Shown piece after piece: positions 49,361-59,333 of a stretch of DNA of 64,000 nt. The first letter of the stretch is position 1. Every line of letters starts with the position of its first letter. A program made the translations under genes and the position numbers. The notes below the pieces were generated by a model. The model searched no databases. It was not told the DNA's origin and saw only the letters and a list, made by a program, of their open reading frames with translations. Origin of the DNA: an uncultured archaeon (GTDB lineage Archaea; Asgardarchaeota; Lokiarchaeia; Sigyniarchaeales; SOKP01); the NCBI GenBank assembly GCA_964447495.1, contig CAYUTF010000001.1, forward strand, positions 116,400 to 180,399, written 5' to 3'.

Positions 49361-50002
49361 TTATGCTTTTATAACTAAATCCACAATCTTATTCATATAT
49401 TTACCTTTTTGAATCTTGCATGTTTGTGCTACTTTTTTAAAATTAAATGATTCTGCTAAGGCATCTAGATATGAAAGATTGTATAGAATAGAAATATTTT
49501 TATTGTTTCGCATAAATAATTTATCCAATTCTCTTTTAATTTCATTTACATTTATTTTTTCATTTTTTATTTTAACTCTTTTAATTATTTCGGAAACCGA
49601 GTCATTAAAATGGGTATTTCTCATCCTAGATATTAATGAGCTAAGCACAATCGTGTATAGTATTAATACATCAAACTTTGTTTCTTGCATCGTAGTAAGT
49701 TTTATCTGAATGTCTTGTAGAATTTCTACAAAAGAATTTTCATCCATTCCCTTAATTTTCTTAAAAGGGGCAAAAAATTCCAAATACTTCTCTTCTAAAA
49801 ATAAGTGAATATTGTTGTAAAATAACGCTTTAAATCGTTTTATTACTAAACCTGAATTTTTTATACGCACTGAAACCTCAGGTGTTCTACCTAATATCGT
49901 ATCAGAACCAGTTTTATAAAACTGTTGCTCTATAAGATTATCCGTGGTAATAAATAACCTTTTCATATCCATTTCTATTATAAAACACCTAAATGAATCC
50001 AA
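49361..50002 (-). CDS. Hypothetical protein
   Basis: 213-aa ORF; the start is uncertain. Confidence 0.65.
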   Translation of the reverse strand: MDSFRCFIIEMDMKRLFITTDNLIEQQFYKTGSDTILGRTPEVSVRIKNSGLVIKRFKALFYNNIHLFLEEKYLEFFAPFKKIKGMDENSFVEILQDIQIKLTTMQETKFDVLILYTIVLSSLISRMRNTHFNDSVSEIIKRVKIKNEKINVNEIKRELDKLFMRNNKNISILYNLSYLDALAESFNFKKVAQTCKIQKGKYMNKIVDLVIKA

Positions 50003-50235
50003 TTTATTAAATAAATACGACCTGAAACAATAATAAAATTAATTTGATTTAATATTTTGCTTATAGAAAACACTCTAATATATTACCAAAGGTAAAGTAA
50101 ATTGGATTAATTGAATTAAATAATTCTACAAAATAAAATTTATTACTTAGATAATCATGTATATCATGATCATTTTATTAAAAATTTTATAATCTAATTA
50201 AAAAAAATTAACATAAAAAGACGAGGTTTTCATTA

Positions 50236-51954
50236 ATGGGATTAAAATTAGCAACTTCTTTTGCTATAATGTTTCTTTTTGCCCTTATATACGCGGTAGT
50301 TTTTACTATTGGAATTTGGTTTCTTCCAGCAGATCTTTTTGGATTATTGATAATGGTTGGTTTAACGGTATTGATTGTTCTTTTTCAATATGGAGTCTCC
50401 CCTTATATCATTCAATGGATTTATAGAATCGATTGGATTCCCTATGAAAATTTTGCAAATCAATATCCCCATCTTGCTGAAGCAGTTGATAAAGTGGCGG
50501 CATTACAGGGAATAAAGCACCCCAGAATGGGTATAATTCATGATTTAAATCCTAATGCTTTCACTTTTGGTCATACAAAAAATAATGCACGGATTGTTAT
50601 AACTGATGGGATTCTACATTACTTAGATGAAGAGGAGCAGACCGCAGTGGTAGCTCATGAATTAGGTCATGTGGTTCATAACGATTTTATAATCATGACC
50701 ATAGTTTTTGCGATTCCTTTAATTTTATTGACAATTGCTCGATGGTCATATTATGCCGTACGATTTTCAGGCAGGCGTTCTGGTGATCGTGATGAGGGAA
50801 GTTATATTGTTTTAGCATTGTTAGTAATTACAGTGATTTCTTATATCTCTTATTATCTTGGATATTTAATATCACTAGTGGTTAGTAGGATAAGAGAATA
50901 TTATGCGGATGAACATTCTGCGGAATTAACAGAAAACCCTAATACGCTATCTACAGCCTTGGTAAAGATCGCTTACGGATTGTTAGTTGGAGGTTCAGAA
51001 ACAGAAATTAAAGAAAGGAATAAATCTAAGGTAAGAGCACTCCGAGGGTTAGGAATTTTTGACCCTAAAAAAGCTAGTCTCTTAGCAGTAGAAGGAGTAG
51101 GAAAATCAGGAGTAATTTCAAATGAAGCAATACAAAAAGCAGCCGGATGGGATCTATTTAACCCTTGGGCCAAATATTTCCAAATCTTTAGTACTCACCC
51201 ATTACCCGCTAAAAGAATCCAGAGACTAAATGAGCAATGTAAAACATATGGAAAATCCGTTGAAATAGATTTTTCAGAAGCACGACAATTAAAAGAGCTT
51301 CAAGTTGGAAAATCTATGGCCGGAGAATTCTTGACCGATTGGATCATGAAGTCATTACCATCATTAATTTTTAGCTTACTGATAATTTTTACAGTAATTT
51401 GGTTTTTCGGATATATTCTTGTGACTCCCTTTAGTACATTGACAACTCTTGAAAACTTATTGCTCCTTTGGGCAGTTGGTTTCTTAATAATGGGTTTTGG
51501 TTATATTGCAAGGACTCTGTTCATGTATCGGAGTGGATTTGAGCCTAAATCTGTATTAGATCTGGTTACTGTGATCAATGTATCCCCTGTTCGCCCAGTA
51601 CCAGCAATTATAGAGGGAAGAATAGTAGGAAAGGGTATACCTGGTTATTATTTTAGTGATGATTTATTCTTTCAAGATGAAACAGGTTTATTATATATTG
51701 ATTATCGATTTGGATTACGTATTGTCGATTTTTTCTGGGCAATAACTAAAGTAAATAGATTAGTAGGACAGAGGGTAAAAATTCAGGGTTGGTACAGAAG
51801 AGGCCCTAGTCCTTATCTACAGATAGATAAACTAGAAACTGAAACGGGAAAAAGGTACCGGAATTATTCTAAGCATCTAACTTATGTAGGCGCGATAATT
51901 CTCTTTTTAATCGGAATACTTCTTTTCTATTTCTGGTTTATACTACCATTTTAA
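50236..51954 (+). CDS. htpX: HtpX-family (M48) membrane zinc metalloprotease with C-terminal extension
   Basis: PNAF, AHELGH, SR.REY.AD and STHP motifs, plus about 230 extra C-terminal residues. Confidence 0.88.
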   Translation: MGLKLATSFAIMFLFALIYAVVFTIGIWFLPADLFGLLIMVGLTVLIVLFQYGVSPYIIQWIYRIDWIPYENFANQYPHLAEAVDKVAALQGIKHPRMGIIHDLNPNAFTFGHTKNNARIVITDGILHYLDEEEQTAVVAHELGHVVHNDFIIMTIVFAIPLILLTIARWSYYAVRFSGRRSGDRDEGSYIVLALLVITVISYISYYLGYLISLVVSRIREYYADEHSAELTENPNTLSTALVKIAYGLLVGGSETEIKERNKSKVRALRGLGIFDPKKASLLAVEGVGKSGVISNEAIQKAAGWDLFNPWAKYFQIFSTHPLPAKRIQRLNEQCKTYGKSVEIDFSEARQLKELQVGKSMAGEFLTDWIMKSLPSLIFSLLIIFTVIWFFGYILVTPFSTLTTLENLLLLWAVGFLIMGFGYIARTLFMYRSGFEPKSVLDLVTVINVSPVRPVPAIIEGRIVGKGIPGYYFSDDLFFQDETGLLYIDYRFGLRIVDFFWAITKVNRLVGQRVKIQGWYRRGPSPYLQIDKLETETGKRYRNYSKHLTYVGAIILFLIGILLFYFWFILPF

Positions 51955-52043
51955 ATAATTTTTTTTTATACTTATAACCCTAAAAATTTAGTATAACTCT
52001 TCCTTATTTCAATTAATTCATAAGAAGATGAGATACATCTACC

Positions 52044-53330
52044 ATGGCAGAAAAAAAGAAAGTTGAATTGATGGCACCTTTAAAAAATGTACAATCTTTA
52101 AATGCTGTCATTTCAAATGCGAATGCGGTATATTTCGGAGTAGAATCCTTTAATATGAGAATTTTTAGTGACAATATCAAATTGAGTGATTTAAATGAAG
52201 TTGTTAAGATTTGTCATGATAATAATATAAAAGCGTATCTTACAACTAATATTATAATATATGAAAATGAATTTGAACTTCTCGACAATGTATTAGAAGA
52301 GGCTAACAACTCTGAAATTGATGCCGTTATAATTCATGATTTAGGCGCAATTCAATTAGTCAAAGAAAAAGGGCTATCGTTTCACATATCAACTCAGGCA
52401 AGTATATCAAACTCTAAGTCTGCACAGTTTTACGAAAGTTTGGGCGCATCAAGATTGATTCTCGCACGAGAATTAAGTTTAAAGCAGATAAAGGAGATTA
52501 AAAATCAAATTAACTCTGCTGAAGTTGAAACGTTTGTTCATGGTGCTCAATGTACCTCTATTTCTGGTCGTTGTTATTTCTCTGCTGAGACGTGTAATAA
52601 TCAAGAATATTCAGCAAATAGGGGAAGATGTGTACAACCATGCCGCCGAAAATGGCGTGTATATGATGATCAGTCGAATGAGTTCATATATGATGGTGTA
52701 TTCTTCATTAACGCTAAAGACTTATGTATGATTGAATACATTCCTGAGTTAATAGAAGCTAAAATTGATGCTTTCAAGATCGAAGGGCGGATGAGAGATC
52801 CCATCTATATCGATGAAGTTACTTCTTGCTATAAAGAAGCAATAGTCGCGTATTACAATAATGAATATAATCAAGAAAAGGTTGACGATTGGCTCAAAAG
52901 ATTAAAGAAGGTTTATAATCGAGGTTTTTCCACTGGTTTTTATTTTGGATATCCTAAGGGTAGTGAAATTCAGCGAGAATATGATGGAAATATATCTGAA
53001 TTCAAGAAGATTGAAATCGGAAAGGTTTTATCCTATTACCCCGATAAGAAAGCAGCTAAAATTCTATTAACTAAAGGTAAACTTAAGATAAATGATGAAA
53101 TCTATATCATTGGAACTAATACTAATACATACCTCAAACAAAAAATAATTTCACTTCAAATTAAACAGAAGCAGAATTTAGTTGAAACGCCTTTAATAAC
53201 TTCTAAAAATAATAGAATAGCCGTTGGCATTTTGGTTGATACACCTGTTAAGAAAAATGATAAAATTTTCAAACTGGGAAAAAAACGATCAAGAATCATA
53301 AATACCGCTAATAACACTAAAATTAAATAG
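52044..53330 (+). CDS. U32 'peptidase' family protein (TrhP/RlhA-like RNA hydroxylation)
   Basis: ELMAP, HISTQ, LAREL, E.FVHGA.C..SGRC..C..PCR and KIEGR motifs. Confidence 0.9.
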   Translation: MAEKKKVELMAPLKNVQSLNAVISNANAVYFGVESFNMRIFSDNIKLSDLNEVVKICHDNNIKAYLTTNIIIYENEFELLDNVLEEANNSEIDAVIIHDLGAIQLVKEKGLSFHISTQASISNSKSAQFYESLGASRLILARELSLKQIKEIKNQINSAEVETFVHGAQCTSISGRCYFSAETCNNQEYSANRGRCVQPCRRKWRVYDDQSNEFIYDGVFFINAKDLCMIEYIPELIEAKIDAFKIEGRMRDPIYIDEVTSCYKEAIVAYYNNEYNQEKVDDWLKRLKKVYNRGFSTGFYFGYPKGSEIQREYDGNISEFKKIEIGKVLSYYPDKKAAKILLTKGKLKINDEIYIIGTNTNTYLKQKIISLQIKQKQNLVETPLITSKNNRIAVGILVDTPVKKNDKIFKLGKKRSRIINTANNTKIK

Positions 53331-53394
53331 AAAAGAAAAAAAAATTAGTAAAGATTTGGCGAAAGATTGAGAGCTTTTAAAGATTATATTAAAT

Positions 53395-53829
53395 TTATAA
53401 ATCTTCTGCTAAATCTTCATACGCTTCCAAGGCTAACTCAATAATTTCTTGGAAGGCCATGGCGTCTTGAAGATTTCCCTCGACTGTGATATCTCCTGCC
53501 ATGTAAGCGCTCGTCGCATCAACCTCACCGAAAAGCATTCCTGCTCCGACTTCCTTTGTTGCTGAAAATGTAAAGGATGGACTGTCTACTTCGCCTTCGC
53601 CAAATTCTAGGGTACCATCATGGGCTTTTAACCAGAATTTCGCATCAGCATCTGTGATTACCATTTGGATGGCAATGTCCATGTCTTCTAACTCTTCTTT
53701 TAAGTCATCATTCTCTTCAGCAATTTGTTTGAAAAGCTCAAACATTTTTAATGTATCATTGACATCGGCTGCGCCTGCACCCGCGTCAATCTTGACTTTT
53801 ACTTCTTTTATTAAGCCTTCATCAACCAT
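53395..53829 (-). CDS. SCP2 sterol/lipid-binding domain protein
   Basis: GEVDATSAYMAGDITVEGNL..AM motif. Confidence 0.85.
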   Translation of the reverse strand: MVDEGLIKEVKVKIDAGAGAADVNDTLKMFELFKQIAEENDDLKEELEDMDIAIQMVITDADAKFWLKAHDGTLEFGEGEVDSPSFTFSATKEVGAGMLFGEVDATSAYMAGDITVEGNLQDAMAFQEIIELALEAYEDLAEDL

Positions 53830-54112
53830 TTTGATTTTTCAACCTATTTTTTGTATTTTTGTACTTAATTTAATTAAACGATAAAATAAATACTATTAAT
53901 TATAACTTTTTAATATATAAAAAGATTTTATTTCTTCTCATATATTAATTTATAATTTTTGAAGGATAGCTTTTTTATTTAACTATTTTTTATGAGATTT
54001 GAAGTGAATATATATTGGGAAAGAGCTAAGTTTTGTCGAATCATTGCAACGATAAGATTTATTCCAATATAGGAGAAAATGAAAATAAGTTCAAAAAAAA
54101 TTAGAGAATAAA

Positions 54113-54220
54113 TGGCGCCCACAGCGGGATTTTCATCATATGCGGAAACCACATGGAGATTTGAACCCGCGTCGCAGGAGTGACAGTCCCGAATGCTGGA
54201 CCGGGCTACACTATGTGGGC
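54113..54220 (-). tRNA. tRNA-Asp(GTC) with a 30-nt T-loop intron (position 59/60; intron about 54130-54159) and encoded CCA
   Basis: Minus strand: GCCCACA..CGGGA CT GTC AC TCCTG..GCGGG TTCAAA[intron]T CCCGC TGTGGGC G CCA. TTCA/TGAA 4-bp helix with AAT bulges. Confidence 0.92.
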
Positions 54221-54379
54221 ATAATTGCCTTGTAAAGATTAAATAAATCTTGATAGTATAACAAAAAAAAGAAAGAACCCTATAAAAATTTTATTCTCTA
54301 TTGAGAGAGAATATATTTTGTAAGATATTAGTAAACATATATAATGATTTATTAGGTATTATCAGAATTGTGATTACAT

Positions 54380-55126
54380 ATGAAAGAAATTGAAGGCAAA
54401 AAATATTCTAATGTTGATGAGATATGCGAAAAACTAGAACGTAGAATCAAAAAGAAAAAACTGAATGAATTTTTTAATAATAAGAAAATTCCGGGGAAAA
54501 TGATAGACAATCAATGGTACGGAGAGGAAAAGGTATTTGATGAAATCGAAGAAATGCTATTTAGAGAGAGAGCTGTAATGATATGTGTAGGAGAAATAGA
54601 TATTTCTGAAGTTGCTTTAAAGGGGCGTATATTAGATATTGGAGGTGGTGGAGAAGGTGTGATTGGGCAATTAAAAGGCGCTCAAGTAGTCGCAATAGAT
54701 TTACGGGCGAATGAATTACAAGAAGCTGCGGAGGGTGATTATTTAAAAATTATTATGGATGCGAAAGATTTGAAATTTTTAGATGAATATTTTGATACTA
54801 CCACTGCCTTTTTTAGTTTTATGTATGTTCCATCCTCAGATCGCAAGGAAATTTTTAATGAAGTATACCGTGTATTGAAAAAAGGTGGCGAATTTGTAAT
54901 ATGGGATTTAATGATACCAGAAAGTAAGTTAAATGCTAAGGATTTTTATGGTATAAATTTCACGATTAAAATTGGTGAAAAAAAAATCTCAACAGGGTAT
55001 GCAACTCGATGGAATAGGGTACAAAGTAGCGATATATACTCAAATCTTGGTGAAAGTATAGGATTTAAAGTTATTGAGAAATATGTCTCAGATCATACAT
55101 TTTATATTAGATTCCTTAAAAATTAG
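54380..55126 (+). CDS. Class I SAM methyltransferase with an N-terminal HTH_17/excisionase-like domain
   Basis: ILDIGGGGEG, MDA..L.F....FD and RVLK.GG. N-terminal Y.NVDEI.EKL..KIPGKMI..QWY. Confidence 0.8.
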   Translation: MKEIEGKKYSNVDEICEKLERRIKKKKLNEFFNNKKIPGKMIDNQWYGEEKVFDEIEEMLFRERAVMICVGEIDISEVALKGRILDIGGGGEGVIGQLKGAQVVAIDLRANELQEAAEGDYLKIIMDAKDLKFLDEYFDTTTAFFSFMYVPSSDRKEIFNEVYRVLKKGGEFVIWDLMIPESKLNAKDFYGINFTIKIGEKKISTGYATRWNRVQSSDIYSNLGESIGFKVIEKYVSDHTFYIRFLKN

Positions 55127-55313
55127 AAAGGATATTCAAGTAATCCTTCAAATTTTTTCTAGTATTTACTATTATATTCCTTTCACTAAGATGCTAATAC
55201 TTATTAGAATGAATGATATGCATATTAAAAAGAAATATAAGTGAGTTTTTTGATTAGTAACATATAGGTATAAGATTTAGCAAAGAGATTGTTTTTTAAG
55301 AAACAAATCTTAA

Positions 55314-55757
55314 ATGATGGTAAGTAAAACCGTGTTAAACTCAATTTTTAAAGGTGCTTTAGAAGATAACGAGAAATTTATCTCAATTACAGACAGAATT
55401 ATAAAAGCAGGAGTAAATTTAGTTAATAAAACAGAAGAGCTTAAAGAAGAATTAATGGGATATGATGGTATATACCAAACCTATATTTATGATGCTGATT
55501 TTAACTATTGGTTCGAAGTTACTGAAGGACAACTTCTATATGAAAAAGGAGTGCATCCTAATGCGCCTTTTAGTTGTTTTTTTAGTAAAGAATTATTTTT
55601 AAAAATACTCATGAGAGAGCTGAGTGGAGCGGATGAATTTTTAAAGGGAAGAATCCGAGTTGATGGGAATCTTTCTCAAGGTTTAAAATATGTGAAATTT
55701 GCTAGGACTTTTTTCAAATATTTACAATTGAAAAATGGTAATAATAACCACAAATGA
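55314..55757 (+). CDS. SCP2 sterol/lipid-binding domain protein
   Basis: ELSGADEFLKGRIRVDGNL motif. Confidence 0.78.
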   Translation: MMVSKTVLNSIFKGALEDNEKFISITDRIIKAGVNLVNKTEELKEELMGYDGIYQTYIYDADFNYWFEVTEGQLLYEKGVHPNAPFSCFFSKELFLKILMRELSGADEFLKGRIRVDGNLSQGLKYVKFARTFFKYLQLKNGNNNHK

Positions 55758-55878
55758 AATGATTATTATCGTTATATTATACTGAATTTTAAACCATCCC
55801 TTTTTAATATGATTATAATTTATTTCTTTTAATAGAAATCATATTTAATTATGAAATAACAGGTGTTAATCTTTCTCT

Positions 55879-56328
55879 ATGATGATTGACTCAAATTTGA
55901 TCACAGTTATATTAGAATCACTTGAATCAACTGACGAGCGATTTAAAACCAGCATCGGAAGAATTATTAAATTAGCTTTAGATATAGCTAATAATTCTGA
56001 AGAATTTAAAGAAGAATTGAGTACTTATGATGATTTTATTTGCCATGTTTACGTAAAAGATCTCGATTTTAATATATGGATTAATCATACTGATGGAAAA
56101 TTATCATTTAATAATAACATCTATGAAAATCATTCTAAAGAGGAAAAAATTATTCATTTTATTCTCAAGAGAGAAGTATTAAAAAAAATGTTTCGGCAAA
56201 AGTTACCTGCTTCCGAAGCATATATGAAAGGATTAATCGAAATTGATGGGTTTCTAGCCGATGCAATGATGATAAAAAATCTATGGTTATACTTCTCAAA
56301 ATTTTTTAGACATCTTATTACTAACTAA
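55879..56328 (+). CDS. SCP2 sterol/lipid-binding domain protein
   Basis: ASEAYMKGLIEIDG.L.DAM motif. Confidence 0.75.
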   Translation: MMIDSNLITVILESLESTDERFKTSIGRIIKLALDIANNSEEFKEELSTYDDFICHVYVKDLDFNIWINHTDGKLSFNNNIYENHSKEEKIIHFILKREVLKKMFRQKLPASEAYMKGLIEIDGFLADAMMIKNLWLYFSKFFRHLITN

Positions 56329-56431
56329 AACCAATCATGAGTCTATAATACCTAAAATTTTTATTCTCGTTATCTTTTATTTACAAAAGGACCTATAGAA
56401 CAATCCTATGTTCTATGCATTTTTCTATTTA

Positions 56432-56559
56432 GGGCCTATAATCTAGTCTGGATAATTTTTTTCAAAAAAAATCTGGATAGGGTGCCCGGCTTCGGACTGG
56501 GATTTTAATTCCAATTAGGAATTAACCCAAAGTCGCAGGTTCGAATCCTGCTAGGCCCA
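56432..56559 (+). tRNA. tRNA-Arg(TCG) with two non-canonical introns (D-loop about 56454-56478; variable region 45/46 about 56504-56531)
   Basis: Removing both introns gives GGGCCTATAATCTAGTCTGGATAGGGTGCCCGGCTTCGGACTGGGATGTCGCAGGTTCGAATCCTGCTAGGCCCA, a 75-nt cloverleaf. CCA is not encoded. Confidence 0.88.
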
Positions 56560-56663
56560 TCTTTAATATTTATAAAGTTCCTTCATTTATAGAATCAGTT
56601 GTGGAGTATAAATAATTTATAACGATCATACTTAAATGTAAAACTAGTCTAAATTTTTTAATA

Positions 56664-56924
56664 GAAGATGTTGAGAAACTTAAAACAAGGTTCTTAAATA
56701 TGCATGTACTTTTAGTTCATAAATCGTCGAGTTCTTTTTTATGGTTAGTATTTCGGAAAAAAGGCGTGTTGATAAAAAATTATCGACCTGATACTGGTAA
56801 AGAATCAATTTTTCTATCCTACCCTGATTTCGAAGAATATAGACCGATTTTTTTAAAAAAAAAGAAGAATAAAAAGAGAAACTCAAGATTTAATCCCCGT
56901 TAAAATATGGTTCTCAACATCTTC
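56664..56924. repeat. ~260-nt fold-back element bounded by a perfect 14-bp inverted repeat
   Basis: GAAGATGTTGAGAA (56664-56677) pairs with TTCTCAACATCTTC (56911-56924). Nested imperfect inverted repeat at 56720-56742 / 56869-56892. Confidence 0.65.
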
Positions 56925-57227
56925 CCTTTAATTTTAATTGGATTTATCTTAAAATATAAGTATAGTCCATTTAGCCTTTTATTGTGTAATATATGATCTT
57001 TCTTACAACAAATAAGAAAATGTACACCTATAAGTAGATAATTATTACTTCCTATAATTCTTAATATAATCGATTTTTAAACATGTAAAAATGATTAGGA
57101 TTATATAATCGAAAAAATCCCGTGAAAAAGAAAAACTTTAAATATATACAAAAACATTTTATTTATTAGCACAAATTAGTGTCTTTTTACACAAACAGAA
57201 TTTCTAAAAGATTTTTTACCACAAAAA

Positions 57228-58031
57228 ATGATTGTATTAGAGAATAATCTTTTTCAAGAGGAACTAAACGATTCTGATTCAATAGAATTGTTGGGAATCG
57301 GATTAGTATCAATCTCAGGGAAGAGAGTTAATACCATATATAAGAAAGGTATTGGGAATGGACTATTAAAAAGTTTAGTGAATTTTTATAAAGATCAAAT
57401 AATTGAGAAGCAGGAGGGAAAGATCATTGACTTAGTTGGAACGCATACTATCTATATTCACTTTTTTGATGTAAAGCCTGATATCTTCGCTATTTTTTAT
57501 GTAAATGAAAAAGATAAACTCATTCGATACGATAAATTGTGTGCTCTTTCTAATAAAATCCTAAAAAGCTTTTGTTCAAACAATTCTGTTTCTGAAATAA
57601 ATAAGTTATGCGATAATATAATACCGAAAGTATCTGGAATATCGGCATTATTTATTATTAGCGAAGCAGGTCATGCTTTTTTTACTAAAATTAATAAGAA
57701 AAAGAAATTTCTTTTGGATAATTACATTCAGGTTGGTGGTTTTCTCTCTGCAATTATGGCTTTTTCTCAGGAGGTGATTGGAAAGGAATCGGGAGAGAAT
57801 TTACAAGCAATTAATTTTGAAAATCAACAATTTATTCTAATTGTCAAGGATAAATTGATCTTTGCTTACTTAGTTGAAAAAGATCTAAATTTAATAGATA
57901 TCAGAAGATTTATGGAAATAATCGCAGAAGAATTTGTAGAGTCGTATCAAGATCAAATCAATGATTTTAAGGGCGATCTTGAACCTTTTGCTTACTTTAA
58001 AAATGTTGTTGATAAATATTTTATAATTTAA
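57228..58031 (+). CDS. Longin-like domain protein (possibly tandem domains), Asgard-type
   Basis: LFIISEAG..F, GGFLSAI..FS.EV, I.FE, and F...Y...F.GD...F..F pattern. Confidence 0.7.
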   Translation: MIVLENNLFQEELNDSDSIELLGIGLVSISGKRVNTIYKKGIGNGLLKSLVNFYKDQIIEKQEGKIIDLVGTHTIYIHFFDVKPDIFAIFYVNEKDKLIRYDKLCALSNKILKSFCSNNSVSEINKLCDNIIPKVSGISALFIISEAGHAFFTKINKKKKFLLDNYIQVGGFLSAIMAFSQEVIGKESGENLQAINFENQQFILIVKDKLIFAYLVEKDLNLIDIRRFMEIIAEEFVESYQDQINDFKGDLEPFAYFKNVVDKYFII

Positions 58032-58141
58032 AAATTATTATAGGATTCTCTTCATTAATTTCAGAGGTATACCCAGTAATTGTGAAAGAGATTCTTTAAT
58101 TGCAAAATTATATATTTTTGAAATTTATAAAATATTTAAGA

Positions 58142-58498
58142 ATGACTGTTTTGTTAGATTTAGATATAATTATGAATAATTTAATCGAATCTTTAGGTGT
58201 ATCAGTTTATTTCATATTAATTTCAAGTGAAAATGGTGCCGTAATTAAATCATATATTAACGAGGAAGAATTTAACAAAGCTTCAATTTCTTTAAATATA
58301 TCTCAACTTTATGAATTAGCGGAAGAAACTGCAGAATCCATTGGCTTGCATAGTCCAGATTTCAATATAATTCATTCTGAAAATTATTATATTTTATCAA
58401 TGAAAATACTAGAGAATATTATCATATTGTTAACTGTAGACCAGATTGAAGTGAAAGATGTATTTGAAATTATAAATCGGTCTGTCAATATGAATTAA
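58142..58498 (+). CDS. Roadblock/LC7-like protein
   Basis: About 118 aa, LISSENGAVIKS followed by a helix and three strands. ATG 58142 is preferred over TTG 58100. Confidence 0.65.
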   Translation: MTVLLDLDIIMNNLIESLGVSVYFILISSENGAVIKSYINEEEFNKASISLNISQLYELAEETAESIGLHSPDFNIIHSENYYILSMKILENIIILLTVDQIEVKDVFEIINRSVNMN

Positions 58499-58695
58499 AA
58501 AGATAAAAGTACCTTATTTTAAATTTTATAATGATATTAAAATGAATTTATATGAGATTTAGGATAAAATATTAAATATTGGACTAGTAAAATTCTATAT
58601 TATATCATTAAATTATAGATTATAATAATTAATAAAATAACAATACCTAATTATCTAATATAATAAATTAATTAAAAAGTTCAATGTGATAATAT

Positions 58696-59202
58696 ATGCA
58701 TTATGAGCGTAACCAATATTCTGATGGATTCTCAATTTGTGGATTGATAATATCTGGTGCATTCCTATACTGGGGGTTTAACACCCTGATGAACGGTTTT
58801 GTTATAGGTTGGGGACCTAGCTTAGTGAATTTATGGTGGTTAGGCTTCATCTGGTTAGGCATCGGAATTGCCATAATTTCTGGTCAAATTTATGCCCTTT
58901 CCAATAGAAGCAACCTGAGAAGGGTAGTAAAGCTTGAGTTTGAAGAAAATCCCAATGCTTCCATAAAAGAAATTTCTGTAAAAACAGGAATTACAACTAA
59001 AGATGTGCGTGCTATTATTTTAGACTTAAAAGCACGTGGTGAACTCAAAGGAAAATTCTCCGCTAAAACGGGTGAGATGAAATATACAGAAGTATCTCAA
59101 CCATCACAAGATGAAAGTAAAAGCCAATATTGCTCGAATTGTGGTACCCCCGTTAAAAAGGAAGATGCAATGTACTGTTCCTATTGCGGATCAAAATTAT
59201 AA
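58696..59202 (+). CDS. Two-TM + winged-helix + C-terminal zinc-ribbon protein
   Basis: Two TM helices, SIKEIS..TGI....VRAIILDL...G.L.G, and CSNCG..CSYCG. Confidence 0.8.
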   Translation: MHYERNQYSDGFSICGLIISGAFLYWGFNTLMNGFVIGWGPSLVNLWWLGFIWLGIGIAIISGQIYALSNRSNLRRVVKLEFEENPNASIKEISVKTGITTKDVRAIILDLKARGELKGKFSAKTGEMKYTEVSQPSQDESKSQYCSNCGTPVKKEDAMYCSYCGSKL

Positions 59203-59333
59203 TTCTTTTGAAATTCTAAATACTTAATTTTTTTATGTTTTTTATTAAAATGTTTTATGTACTCAATTTAAAAATTGGACTCTATTAATAATAAATAAGA
59301 TACTTTTTTTTATAATTTAAAGAATTAATGTAA

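Noticed and set aside
56680-56903. 67-aa (+) and 68-aa (-) ORFs as real genes
   Set aside because: They overlap each other inside a fold-back element, run through homopolymer tracts and show no recognisable motifs.
54113-56924. Integrated mobile element at the tRNA genes
   Set aside because: No integrase or transposase, and no duplicated tRNA 3' end (att site) was seen.
56664-56924. Firm call as SRP RNA or RNase P RNA
   Set aside because: The canonical SRP helix 8 (GNRA loop, AGCAG) and RNase P P4 motifs are absent.
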